From the IMG/VR virus record IMGVR_UViG_3300042544_001590, positions 143,490 through 207,489 of that record: a DNA stretch of 64,000 nt; one strand, 5' to 3'. A model generated the notes under the pieces. It searched no databases, was not told the origin of the DNA, and saw only the letters and a program-made list of their open reading frames with translations. Within the stretch, counting starts at the first letter, position 1, and each line of letters starts with the position of its first letter. The position numbers and the translations under genes were made by a program. This document shows positions 38,902 through 48,293 of the stretch, in pieces.

Positions 38902-40740
38902 TTACCAATTCTTGCAGCTTTCGGCTTTGGGGGTTCCGGGTTTCGCTTTATCGCAACCATGTCTTGCTCGAAATGCTTTCTTTCTATCAGTGTTTCCACT
39001 ATCACCAGTTGCTTTCACACCTTTTTGTCCAAAATGGATTCTTTTATAACCCGAACCATCGGGGTCTTTTACACATTTAGTATATTTTTTACCCTTACGA
39101 TCACTGGATGCTTTTTGAGTAACTTTGGTGCATTTCTTGGATTTTTCTAAGAACACGGCAACTTCCTGAAGATCAATCATGAAGTCGTTGATATCAACAT
39201 TGAAAGATGATGCGTATTTGTTTGCCAATTCATCAAAGGATTCGTTCACCGTTCCTTCATCTCTCATTCCTTGCACGGTGGACAACAATTGCGTTGCACT
39301 GTTAGCACCACTTCTGGTTATAGACCAAAATCCCTTGAGTCGTGAATTGATAATATCCTTGGATGTTTTATTAAATGGTAAATTCTTGACAAGTTTCTTT
39401 AATTCTGGGATGGCGGCATTCCATTGATCCTTTGACTTGATTTCTTCCAATTTCTTGATGAACTCTTCCATTGCCATATAACGGGGATCAACATCCAAAT
39501 TCTCCAAAGGAATGGTTTTTCTTTCCATACCTCGACCCGCAATGGAATTGAAGAATTTTTGTAATGATTGTGCTGGAAGTTCTCCGACTCTCCGCATCAC
39601 TCCAATGTTTATGTTGCGATTCAATGTGCGGGGATCAAAATTTTCCAATCCTCTATCGAATCGATTTACATGATAATCAATAAATGAAAATATGGGATTA
39701 TCATCAGTTGTTAATTTTTTCAATAATCCCAATTTATAAAGAAAATCTGTTTTATTAACATTTAAAAAATCAACCCCGGTGGGTATTTCACTATCTGATA
39801 TTCCATGCTCTATTTTTAACATATCCAATATCCCTGCTGCTTTGTTGTTGATTAAACTTTTCACCTTCGCCAATACAGTATCATTGGATTTCATATTGTT
39901 GGATGTTTTTGTTTCTATTTTTGAATTTATTTCTTCAAATCGTTCATCCGCAGCGTTTGAAGCCTTTATAGCATTTATCAATTTTTTTTCAGCATCTTCT
40001 AATTTACTTTGAACGGAAGATAATTTTTTAACATCTTGTAAAAGAATAGATAATTCTATCTCCGCTTGCTGGATTTGACCGCTTAGGGTTTCCTTTTTTT
40101 CTTTAATCCTAGTATTCTTTTTTTCGGTTTTTTTTCTTTGGATAAAGGATTTGATTTGATCGATTCTATCACTACCATATAAAGAACTATCAAGAATTTC
40201 TTTGAGTCTATTCACTTCGTCTCTCGCATCCGAAGCTTGTCCCGCTCTTTTTTGTTGAGAGACGAGAGCATTATTCCACTCTTTTTCATTATCATCATTT
40301 ATAGTATCTATTCTTAATCCTCCTACCAGTTTAATTTTACCATCTATATCTTCTTTCTTTTCACCGCTGTATATTTTTTTAAAATCTTCAAAGAATGTTT
40401 TGGAATTGAATAGGATTGCAAAAGCATTAGCCATTTCTCTATCTCGCGCAGCTTTCAATTCATAGGTATCCTGTTGACTAACACCTTTGGAGGTGTCATA
40501 AAGATATTTTTTCATCTGATCTATTGGTTTTTGCTTTTCAAAATTGTCAACTTTGCCAACAGGACTGGACGAATAACCAGAGGAAGTTGATGCTCCAGCA
40601 ACTCCCCCATCGGCTGTAATACCAGCTTGTTGCCCACTGATATTCTGTGGTCCTATATTTCGTTGCGCCCTAAAATACGCATCTCCCCCGCGAGTTCCCT
40701 TTGCTTCCAGCGCCAAATTATATAAATCATCAAAGTTCAT
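38902..40740 (-). CDS. coiled-coil protein with basic C-terminal domain, putative internal head protein
   Basis: MNFDDLYNLALE-A; C-terminal IHFGQ...RKKAFRARH.C. Confidence 0.6.
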   Translation of the reverse strand: MNFDDLYNLALEAKGTRGGDAYFRAQRNIGPQNISGQQAGITADGGVAGASTSSGYSSSPVGKVDNFEKQKPIDQMKKYLYDTSKGVSQQDTYELKAARDREMANAFAILFNSKTFFEDFKKIYSGEKKEDIDGKIKLVGGLRIDTINDDNEKEWNNALVSQQKRAGQASDARDEVNRLKEILDSSLYGSDRIDQIKSFIQRKKTEKKNTRIKEKKETLSGQIQQAEIELSILLQDVKKLSSVQSKLEDAEKKLINAIKASNAADERFEEINSKIETKTSNNMKSNDTVLAKVKSLINNKAAGILDMLKIEHGISDSEIPTGVDFLNVNKTDFLYKLGLLKKLTTDDNPIFSFIDYHVNRFDRGLENFDPRTLNRNINIGVMRRVGELPAQSLQKFFNSIAGRGMERKTIPLENLDVDPRYMAMEEFIKKLEEIKSKDQWNAAIPELKKLVKNLPFNKTSKDIINSRLKGFWSITRSGANSATQLLSTVQGMRDEGTVNESFDELANKYASSFNVDINDFMIDLQEVAVFLEKSKKCTKVTQKASSDRKGKKYTKCVKDPDGSGYKRIHFGQKGVKATGDSGNTDRKKAFRARHGCDKAKPGTPKAESCKNW

Positions 40741-40745
40741 ACTAT

Positions 40746-40768
40746 TATTTAGAACAAATGACTAAATA
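40746..40768. promoter_or_regulatory. back-to-back late promoters
   Basis: TATTTA 40746 and TAAATA 40763, each 5 nt from an ATG. Confidence 0.75.
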
Positions 40769-40773
40769 ATCCT

Positions 40774-41541
40774 ATGGGCAAGAAATTTGATGCTATCTAT
40801 GAAGCTGTTGTGAGTCGTTCCGAAGTGGGGGGTTATCTTCCCGGCGATATCATAAAATTTAGGGATGGATATAAAAACACGGAAACTTACAAGTATATGC
40901 CATTCACTCTCAGGAAAGAAGTGGATGAATTGGCGACTTGCGGATTGAACATCAAAGTCGTTCAGGTTGGAGACAAACAATCAGGATATTCCATTGGAAA
41001 TCAATTCAAACCAGCATCCCAGATCGTTCTCACCATTGCTGCTGATCATGGTGGTGGTAGAACTTATGGTAGAGTGGTTGTCTGTCCCGCCATGGTTGAT
41101 ATGGTGGATGTGAGCGCAGGAGTTCCGGTTCCCGATCAATTCAAGCGCAAGGATACTGTCATCATCAAGCCCAAACCCTTAAAAATTGATCCAAAGATCA
41201 TCACCAATGTCACTGACAAGGGAAATGGTAAGAATACCCCCACCGATCTGAAATTGGCGGGAGAATCCAAGGCTTGGGAATCCACCAAGGAATTGGCTGA
41301 TTTGTATATGGAATCTTTGGGGGAGGTTCCCCTGAGAAATATGCCTCCAGAAAAATCTTTAGGGGAGGTTCCTCGGCGTGATCCGAACACACAACCCCCA
41401 ACAAAAAACAGATTGAATTTGCTTTATGATAGATTACCAGAACTTAAAAAAGCTATAGAAGATGTGAGGTATGGTTCTTTTAAAGAGTTCTATAACAAAA
41501 TTTCAGAGTTTAAGGATTTTCTTGATAACGAGTTTGTTTAA
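40774..41541 (+). CDS. hypothetical late protein
   Basis: MGKKFDAIYE; duplicated SLGEVP.R near the C-terminus. Confidence 0.6.
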   Translation: MGKKFDAIYEAVVSRSEVGGYLPGDIIKFRDGYKNTETYKYMPFTLRKEVDELATCGLNIKVVQVGDKQSGYSIGNQFKPASQIVLTIAADHGGGRTYGRVVVCPAMVDMVDVSAGVPVPDQFKRKDTVIIKPKPLKIDPKIITNVTDKGNGKNTPTDLKLAGESKAWESTKELADLYMESLGEVPLRNMPPEKSLGEVPRRDPNTQPPTKNRLNLLYDRLPELKKAIEDVRYGSFKEFYNKISEFKDFLDNEFV

Positions 41542-41569
41542 AAATAACAATCAAATAATAAATAACATC

Positions 41570-42286
41570 ATGGCACAATATAATAACAAAGATCAGCGCA
41601 ATCTGGAAGAACTCCTTGAAGAAGGGTGGATGGATCGTCTCAAGGCACGGGGAGCCGAAGCTTTGGGTTCCGTCAAAGGAGTGGGGCAACAAATCAAAGG
41701 TGGCTTTCAACAAGCTGCTGGCAGTGGCTTGAGTAAGGCTGGAGATTGGCTTGAAAGCGATAAGATTTCTCGTAAAGGGGATAAATACACGCAACAAGGT
41801 CAAAAAAGTGAGCGAGAAGGAAGCGTCTCTGGTCACAATGCCAAAGTCCAGTATCTTCAGAAGAATATTGACAAACGTATTGACTCATTTGTTGCCGATA
41901 TCAAAAATGATATTAAAAAGCTTGGTCTGGACATTGGTAACATTGAAATCGTGTCTGGTATCAATGCTGCTCTTGGACAACTCAAGAAAAGCGTGAGCGG
42001 TGCAACACCTCCTCCTTTACCACAACAATCTGGCGCAACACCTCCTCCTTTACCCCAACAATCTGGCGCAACACCCCCACCACTTCCAAAACAACAAACA
42101 CCGGAGCCAGAAGAGGATGAGCCGGAAAATCCCGTGGAATACTCTTACAGAAAAGCTATTAGTAGGAAGAAAAAAACACAACCAAACACTAATCCCCGTA
42201 AAAGTAAGGTGAGAAAAGACCCATTTGCAAAATATGCCGCTCCCGAACAGGAAGAGGATTTGGACAAGATGTTTTGGGAACGCTAA
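41570..42286 (+). CDS. hypothetical late protein with PPPLP repeats
   Basis: TAAATA-N5-ATG 41570; LEELLEE-G. Confidence 0.6.
   Translation: MAQYNNKDQRNLEELLEEGWMDRLKARGAEALGSVKGVGQQIKGGFQQAAGSGLSKAGDWLESDKISRKGDKYTQQGQKSEREGSVSGHNAKVQYLQKNIDKRIDSFVADIKNDIKKLGLDIGNIEIVSGINAALGQLKKSVSGATPPPLPQQSGATPPPLPQQSGATPPPLPKQQTPEPEEDEPENPVEYSYRKAISRKKKTQPNTNPRKSKVRKDPFAKYAAPEQEEDLDKMFWER
41996..42094 (+). repeat. 3 x 33-bp coding tandem repeat (SGATPPPLPQQ)
   Basis: Seen directly. Confidence 0.9.
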
Positions 42287-43197
42287 AACAATTCCTCAAG
42301 CTGTAACAAGCAAGCAATACCACAAATCTCCCTGTCCGTAACGGATATCATCTTAAACAGGTTCTCCGCAATGATAAGGATAGCCTGTTTTTTTGTGGTA
42401 TCATCCAAGGATAAATCATAAAAATAGTTCAACAGGTCTTTCAGAAGGGATTCGTGATCGGAATCGAACAATTCCTCGTTCTCAATCAGAAATTTGCGTG
42501 TTTTCAGGGTATCTCCCGATTTGAGATTGGTGTAAATCAAATCCATCACCTGATTGGTGTCTTTTTTCGTCTCAATGGAGAGAATCCCTGATTTTGAATA
42601 TTTTTCCAATTCATTGATACATTTCCTGATATCGGGATAATGGCTTTTGATCAGGGCAACCAATGGTTTCTTCTGATCATCAGGAATCTCAATTTCCTCT
42701 TTTTTCAGAATCTCCAGACACCTACGAGTAACATCTTTCAGGGATGTGTGGAGTGTGAGACTCTGGCAACGCGATTGGAGGGCGGGAATGATGCGATGCT
42801 TGTAATTGCCCGTGAGAATGAAACGTGTGGTGGATGAATAGGATTCCATGACATTCCTCAAAATTGCCATGGAACTTTTTGATAGATAATCAGCCTCATC
42901 CAAAATGACAATTTTCAATCCCCCGTCAAAGCTCTTCGTTTGGGAGAATCCGATAACTTTATCCCTGATCGTATCCACCCCATTCTCATCGGAAGCGTTA
43001 ATGTAAAGATAATCACAATTTAGGATATCCTTTGCCAATATTTTGGCCAATGTTGTTTTACCAACACCACAAACCCCCGTCAATAATAGATTTGGAACAT
43101 CTTTACCAAAATCTTCGATGATTTTTCTGGTGGTGTCATCCACCATTAAATCGTCTAGCGTCTGTGGTCTGTAACGTTCTGTCCAAGGATTGCTCAT
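42283..43197 (-). CDS. clamp loader ATPase subunit (T4 gp44/RFC-like)
   Basis: W.ERYRP, GVGKTT, NASDE.G, ILDEAD, ALQSRC, PDIRK. Confidence 0.93.
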   Translation of the reverse strand: MSNPWTERYRPQTLDDLMVDDTTRKIIEDFGKDVPNLLLTGVCGVGKTTLAKILAKDILNCDYLYINASDENGVDTIRDKVIGFSQTKSFDGGLKIVILDEADYLSKSSMAILRNVMESYSSTTRFILTGNYKHRIIPALQSRCQSLTLHTSLKDVTRRCLEILKKEEIEIPDDQKKPLVALIKSHYPDIRKCINELEKYSKSGILSIETKKDTNQVMDLIYTNLKSGDTLKTRKFLIENEELFDSDHESLLKDLLNYFYDLSLDDTTKKQAILIIAENLFKMISVTDREICGIACLLQLEELF

Positions 43198-43946
43198 ATG
43201 CCTACCAAACCAATAGCATGGTTTGAGCGATTGTCAATAGTCCGAACCAAATTTGCACAATCCAATAGACTGTCATATGTGCCAACGTCGAACCAAAATC
43301 CATCCAATTTCTCAACACCAACACCTTCTTTATCATTCATCATGCGAATCAGGTCAACAATTTCCAGTTCTCCTCTAGCAGATGGTTTGACTTTTTTAGC
43401 CATTTCCACAACTTCATTGGAAAACACATAAAGACCAATCACTGCATCTTCGGAAATAAATTCTTTCGGTTTCTCCACAATTTGAATAATATTGCCATCT
43501 TCATCTGTTTCAACCACACCATAGGCGGATGGGTCTTTCACTTTATATGTGTAGATGGTGTTCGGTTGTGGTTGTATTGGGGAATTACCAATAATAACAT
43601 TATCACCAAGAATCAGGCAGATTTCATCTGCATCTTTGACAAATTCTTCCCCAACGATAAAAGCATCGACTAATCCTTTGGGAGAATCTTGGATTGCGTA
43701 TGATAGATTTAATCCGAATTTACTCCCATCTCCAAGTAGAATCTTGAATTGTTTTTGTTGATCCTCGTCGGCATTAATGATGAGGATATCAACATATCCC
43801 ATATCTTTCAGCGTTTGAAGTGGAAATGCGATGCAGGGCTTGTTGAAAATTGGTAAAAGTTGCTTTGATATAACCTTGGTAATCGGGTATAATCTCGTAG
43901 CTTTTCCGCCCGCCAAAATTAGACCACGTTTAATCGTTTCTTGCAT
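43194..43946 (-). CDS. rmlA: glucose-1-phosphate thymidylyltransferase
   Basis: GLILAGG..TRLYP.T...SKQLLP, LGDN, EKP, SARGELEI, W.D.GT. Confidence 0.9.
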   Translation of the reverse strand: MQETIKRGLILAGGKATRLYPITKVISKQLLPIFNKPCIAFPLQTLKDMGYVDILIINADEDQQKQFKILLGDGSKFGLNLSYAIQDSPKGLVDAFIVGEEFVKDADEICLILGDNVIIGNSPIQPQPNTIYTYKVKDPSAYGVVETDEDGNIIQIVEKPKEFISEDAVIGLYVFSNEVVEMAKKVKPSARGELEIVDLIRMMNDKEGVGVEKLDGFWFDVGTYDSLLDCANLVRTIDNRSNHAIGLVGI

Positions 43947-44847
43947 ATTTCTCCTCTATTTCGTTTTTAATTCTCTTATCTTCCGCTTGTTTCTCAAGCA
44001 TTTTCTCAAAACATTCCTTCATCACATCCTTCTCAAATCGCATCTCATAGATTTCCTTTGATTTGGAGCCATCCAGAACACAATTGCTTCTTCCAGTGGC
44101 AATGGGAAGATCGGCAAGATATACGAATTTCCAATTATCGTTGTGGAATCCGTATTCTTTCATGACATCACACACTTCCTGTGTGGTTAATGCCTGTGGA
44201 TTGATGACATTGTAGATGTTCTGTCCTTTCCATTTACCGACTTTTTTAATCAAAAGATTCTTCACAAATTCGCAGAAATCGGGGATATATGTCTTGGAGT
44301 TCTTGAAATTGATCAAATCGTCGTATTGTCTAATTTTGTTCAAATAATTCCTATTAGATGATTCGTAATGGAATGGCATACGAACCCTCAGAATGATATT
44401 ATCCATATTTTTTGATAAATTTTCAAAAGCGTGTTTTGATTTGGAATAAAATGAAGCCCTATTACAGAATAATCCATAATTTGGGGAATCTTCCTCGTTC
44501 CACACTTTCTCATATCCATCATAAACACAACCAGAAGAAACATGGAGATAATTCACTTCATGTAATTGACATACAGCATTTACTTTTAAAGGAGAAACTG
44601 TATTGAGTTCCCAACACAATTCTTTTTTCATCTCCGCTTCATCAATGTTGGGTCTTCCCGTGAATCCCGAACAGTTAATCACGGTATCAATGGTATTATT
44701 GAGAAGAAATTTGTGGAGGATTTCCACTTTATGATAATCAATCTCTTCCGCTGATTTGATAATCACGTTAAAATCGTTTTTCAAATGATTGTAAAGATGA
44801 TTACCAACGTAACCCTTCCCTAAAATTAATAAATTAAGCTTGCTCAT
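43930..44847 (-). CDS. RmlD-like NDP-4-keto-6-deoxyglucose (epimerase/)reductase
   Basis: Likely ATG 44847; G.GYVG, GFTGRPNID, SSGCVY, YSKSK, LRVRMP. Confidence 0.8.
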   Translation of the reverse strand: MSKLNLLILGKGYVGNHLYNHLKNDFNVIIKSAEEIDYHKVEILHKFLLNNTIDTVINCSGFTGRPNIDEAEMKKELCWELNTVSPLKVNAVCQLHEVNYLHVSSGCVYDGYEKVWNEEDSPNYGLFCNRASFYSKSKHAFENLSKNMDNIILRVRMPFHYESSNRNYLNKIRQYDDLINFKNSKTYIPDFCEFVKNLLIKKVGKWKGQNIYNVINPQALTTQEVCDVMKEYGFHNDNWKFVYLADLPIATGRSNCVLDGSKSKEIYEMRFEKDVMKECFEKMLEKQAEDKRIKNEIEEKYARND

Positions 44848-45055
44848 ATGTGTTTTCAATAAATTCCCGAACGTTTTCCAAATTACAAATATCATTTTCG
44901 TATAGATATTCCTGTATGCCCTCACATAAATCATCAGCCATTTGGGAAATCTCTTCGTCATCCACAGTATGAAGGAAATCCTGTAAATCCATAATGGATT
45001 TTATGATTTTCTCTTCGTGTAGTTCCAATTTTTTCAGTATCGTATTCTTTTTCAT
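44834..45055 (-). CDS. hypothetical protein
   Basis: 73 aa; first gene of the rml/gp44 operon. Confidence 0.55.
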   Translation of the reverse strand: MKKNTILKKLELHEEKIIKSIMDLQDFLHTVDDEEISQMADDLCEGIQEYLYENDICNLENVREFIENTYEQA

Positions 45056-45125
45056 TTATGTAGGGATTTATTTAGGTTTTGGTTGATGTCAATACGAAAT
45101 ATGGGTTGATTTGTTAAATAGTATT

Positions 45126-46229
45126 ATGCCAAAGATTTCCCAATTAACATCTGCAACATTACCTATTGTTGGTAATGAGGTGGCTATCATCAATCAAAAT
45201 GGAACCACTTATTCAAGTGCTTTAAGTAATTTTATTGGGGGTGGATCGAACGTGTCATCCTTATCTTCAAATTGGCAGAACACTTACACCACATTTTCCT
45301 CAAATTCTGCCAATTATGCAAAGGTTAATGTCAATAATAATTTTTCATCTACCCAAACGTTCACCACAGGTTCAATAAATGTCGGAGGATTTCCTTTATC
45401 TGCGACAGTGAGTAATAGTTTGTTTGGTGGTAATCTCGCAGGTTTCGGTGCTACGTGTGCATGTTTCTCCAATTTCTTTGGTTATAACGCAGGTAACGGT
45501 GCCACATGCGCATCCAATTCCAATTTCTTTGGTCAAGGCGCGGGTTACAATACCACAAACGCATATAGCTCCAATTTCTTTGGTTCAAACGCAGGTTTCG
45601 GTGCCACAAACGCATCCAATTCCAATTTCTTTGGTTCAAACACAGGTTTCGGTGCCACAAGCGCATGTAATTCCAATTTCCTTGGTTCAAACGCAGGTTA
45701 CGGTGCCACAAACGCATCCAATTCCAATTTCCTTGGTAGATACTCAGGTAACGGTGCCACAAACGCATCCAATTCCAATTTCCTTGGTTCAAACGCAGGT
45801 TTCGATGCCACAAACGCATCCAACTCCAATTTCCTTGGTAGATACGCAGGTAACGGTGCCACAAACGCATCCAACTCCAATTTCCTTGGTAGATACGCAG
45901 GTTACTATGCCACATACGCATCATTCTCCAATTTCCTTGGTCAAGGCGCAGGTAACGGTGCCACAAACGCATGTCACTCCATATTCATTGGTTCAAACGC
46001 AGGTAACGGTGCCACAAACGCATGTCACTCCATATTCATTGGTTATAACGCAGGTTTCGGTGCCTCTCTGTCAGCTTCAATCGCCCTTGGCTCTTGTGCT
46101 ATCCCCACATCACACAATCAATTAGTGTTGGGGTCGTCAGCATACCCACTATCAACTGTTAATAGCGGCAACTGTTTAGTTGTAAACATAAATGGAACTA
46201 TGAAGAAAATAGCGTTGCTTTCCGTTTAA
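45126..46229 (+). CDS. fibre/adhesin-like protein with 17-aa beta-roll repeats
   Basis: TAAATA-N5-ATG; MPKISQL N-terminus; SNF(F/L)GxxAGxxATxAxx repeats. Confidence 0.7.
   Translation: MPKISQLTSATLPIVGNEVAIINQNGTTYSSALSNFIGGGSNVSSLSSNWQNTYTTFSSNSANYAKVNVNNNFSSTQTFTTGSINVGGFPLSATVSNSLFGGNLAGFGATCACFSNFFGYNAGNGATCASNSNFFGQGAGYNTTNAYSSNFFGSNAGFGATNASNSNFFGSNTGFGATSACNSNFLGSNAGYGATNASNSNFLGRYSGNGATNASNSNFLGSNAGFDATNASNSNFLGRYAGNGATNASNSNFLGRYAGYYATYASFSNFLGQGAGNGATNACHSIFIGSNAGNGATNACHSIFIGYNAGFGASLSASIALGSCAIPTSHNQLVLGSSAYPLSTVNSGNCLVVNINGTMKKIALLSV
45471..46065 (+). repeat. about 12 x 51-bp coding tandem repeat
   Basis: Units start at 45471 + 51n. Confidence 0.95.
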
Positions 46230-46234
46230 TGCTA

Positions 46235-46242
46235 TATAAATA
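46235..46242 (+). promoter_or_regulatory. canonical T4 late promoter
   Basis: TATAAATA-N5-ATG 46248. Confidence 0.8.
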
Positions 46243-46247
46243 GCAAT

Positions 46248-47120
46248 ATGATAAAAAATGCTATTTTTCATATTGAGGGGGGGTTGGGTAAAAACATTGT
46301 AGCCACTTCGGTTATCCGTTCCTATAAAAAGGAACATCCAATCCACAACATTATAGTAAATTCTGCATATCCTGACATTTTTCAAGGAAATCCTGATATT
46401 GATAGGTGTTATCTATTGGGAAATACTCCGTATTTTTATGAGGACTTTATCTTTGATAAAGATTGTGAAATATTTGCACATGATCCATATAAAACAACGG
46501 CACATATCACCAAACAACAAATATTGGTGAAATCGTGGTGTGATATGATAGGGGTTACTTATGATGGTTTAAATCCGAATATCCATTTTAATTTTAGGGA
46601 AATGGAAATATCCAGAGCGTTACTACCTCAAACTGATAAACCCATTCTCATCTTTCAACCATTTGGAGGCGCACAAAACCAAGAATTTCCATACTCATGG
46701 ACAAGGGATATTCATCCTTTCATTGCCCAAGAAATAATCAATAATCTTAAAGAACAATATACAATATTGCATATTTGTCACCCCCACCATCCTCAATTAC
46801 AAAATGTGATTCGCTATGATAAAAATCAAAATAAAAAGATTTTATGTGCCATGTTGAATCTTTCTAAAAAAAGAATTCTAATCGACTCTTCCTTACAACA
46901 TGCTGCGGCTGCCATGGGATTACCATCAACAGTGGTGTGGGTTGGGACACAACCGGAAGTATTTGGTTATGATATGCATAATAATATAACTCCCCATGTT
47001 ACCTTTCCAAAGGGTAATATTAATTCGTATTTATATGATTATAGTTTCAATGGAATCATCCACGAATGCCCATATGATAACATTTATCAAATTTTCAATA
47101 TCGAAAACATCATAAAATGA
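46248..47120 (+). CDS. GT9-like (GT-B) glycosyltransferase
   Basis: GGLGK, NPDID, IDSSLQHAAAA.G.P..VVW. Confidence 0.75.
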   Translation: MIKNAIFHIEGGLGKNIVATSVIRSYKKEHPIHNIIVNSAYPDIFQGNPDIDRCYLLGNTPYFYEDFIFDKDCEIFAHDPYKTTAHITKQQILVKSWCDMIGVTYDGLNPNIHFNFREMEISRALLPQTDKPILIFQPFGGAQNQEFPYSWTRDIHPFIAQEIINNLKEQYTILHICHPHHPQLQNVIRYDKNQNKKILCAMLNLSKKRILIDSSLQHAAAAMGLPSTVVWVGTQPEVFGYDMHNNITPHVTFPKGNINSYLYDYSFNGIIHECPYDNIYQIFNIENIIK

Positions 47121-47908
47121 GAGATATATTTTATGTGTCCGGCTTACCCAGATCGGGAAGCACTCTTCTGATGAATCTGATGGCACAAAATCCTAAAGTA
47201 TTCTGTACTCCTACATCGGGTTTGAATCAATTGATGAATAATATCAAAACATCGTGGGGTAATATCATTGAACATCGATCTGATAAAAACGCTGGTAATG
47301 ATGAAAATTTGAAGCGTATCCTAAACACTATATTACATTCCTACCATAATACCGAAAAACCGTATGTCATCGACAAATGTAGGGGGTGGGGATTCTCCAT
47401 TGAAATGTTGGAGGCAATCACCAATAAAAAAACCAAGATCATAGCACCAGTTAGAGATATAAAGGATGTTCTTGCGTCTTTCGAATTATTATATCGAAAG
47501 GGTTCCTACAAGTTCAACCCCCAAGGACCAATGCCCCAATGTTTAACAACTGAAGGTAGGATGATGCATTGGGCAAGTTTGGATGGGGAAGTCGGTGCTG
47601 CTTACGCAATATTAAAGGATGCTTTTTTAAGAGGATTGGGGGATAGATTCCTTTTGGTGGATTATGATTATCTGACACATAATCCTAAAATTGTCATGGA
47701 CGTAATTTGGGATTTCCTCAATATACCCAAATGTGAACATGATTTTGAAAACATATTGAACCAAACACCAGAAGATGATGGTGTTTATAATTATGTCGAT
47801 TTACATAAAATTAAGAGTAAAGTCGCACCATCCAGTTCAAAAGCTAAAGAAATTTTGGGGGATGAAATATGTAAAGGATTGGATGGTTATGAATTTTGGA
47901 AGAAATGA
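47117..47908 (+). CDS. sulfotransferase
   Basis: 5'-PSB GLPRSGSTLL; 3'-PB VRD..DVLAS. Confidence 0.85.
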   Translation: MRDIFYVSGLPRSGSTLLMNLMAQNPKVFCTPTSGLNQLMNNIKTSWGNIIEHRSDKNAGNDENLKRILNTILHSYHNTEKPYVIDKCRGWGFSIEMLEAITNKKTKIIAPVRDIKDVLASFELLYRKGSYKFNPQGPMPQCLTTEGRMMHWASLDGEVGAAYAILKDAFLRGLGDRFLLVDYDYLTHNPKIVMDVIWDFLNIPKCEHDFENILNQTPEDDGVYNYVDLHKIKSKVAPSSSKAKEILGDEICKGLDGYEFWKK

Positions 47909-47920
47909 CTAAATAATGAT

Positions 47921-48289
47921 ATGTCCATATTAGGTAATAACACACTACCAACACCACCCCCGACGCCCAATAAGGAAGTCCTATTGAAACAAGCGGTATC
48001 CCGTATCAAAAATCTTTCCAAGGAATGTTTCGGTAATTTGGTGAGAACCCAACGAGAAGGTATTAAGATTGTTTGGGAGAACGAAAACCTCACCCCGCAG
48101 GAAATAATTGATGAGATGGGGTCGGATGTTTTTAAGATTTTTCAATTCCATGGGGAGCTTACACAATTTATTCTGATGTTGGCCCAAGAGGATGGAGCAA
48201 CGGTTGATGTTAAGTATCCCACCCACTCATTCACCGCAAACCTTAGTGCTGGAACTATCACCGTCCACGATACACCTTACCAACAATAA
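47921..48289 (+). CDS. hypothetical late protein
   Basis: TAAATA-N5-ATG. Confidence 0.6.
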   Translation: MSILGNNTLPTPPPTPNKEVLLKQAVSRIKNLSKECFGNLVRTQREGIKIVWENENLTPQEIIDEMGSDVFKIFQFHGELTQFILMLAQEDGATVDVKYPTHSFTANLSAGTITVHDTPYQQ

Positions 48290-48293
48290 TTAT

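Noticed and set aside
45471-46065. CRISPR array or canonical DGR variable region
   Set aside because: Units are contiguous, in frame and have no unique spacers. No reverse transcriptase or template repeat is in the window, and silent adenines (ACA, GCA) are nearly invariant.
45424-46125. Alternative-frame and antisense ORFs (233, 173 and 60 aa) over the fibre gene
   Set aside because: Open only because a stop-free repeat unit is iterated; no promoter or start context
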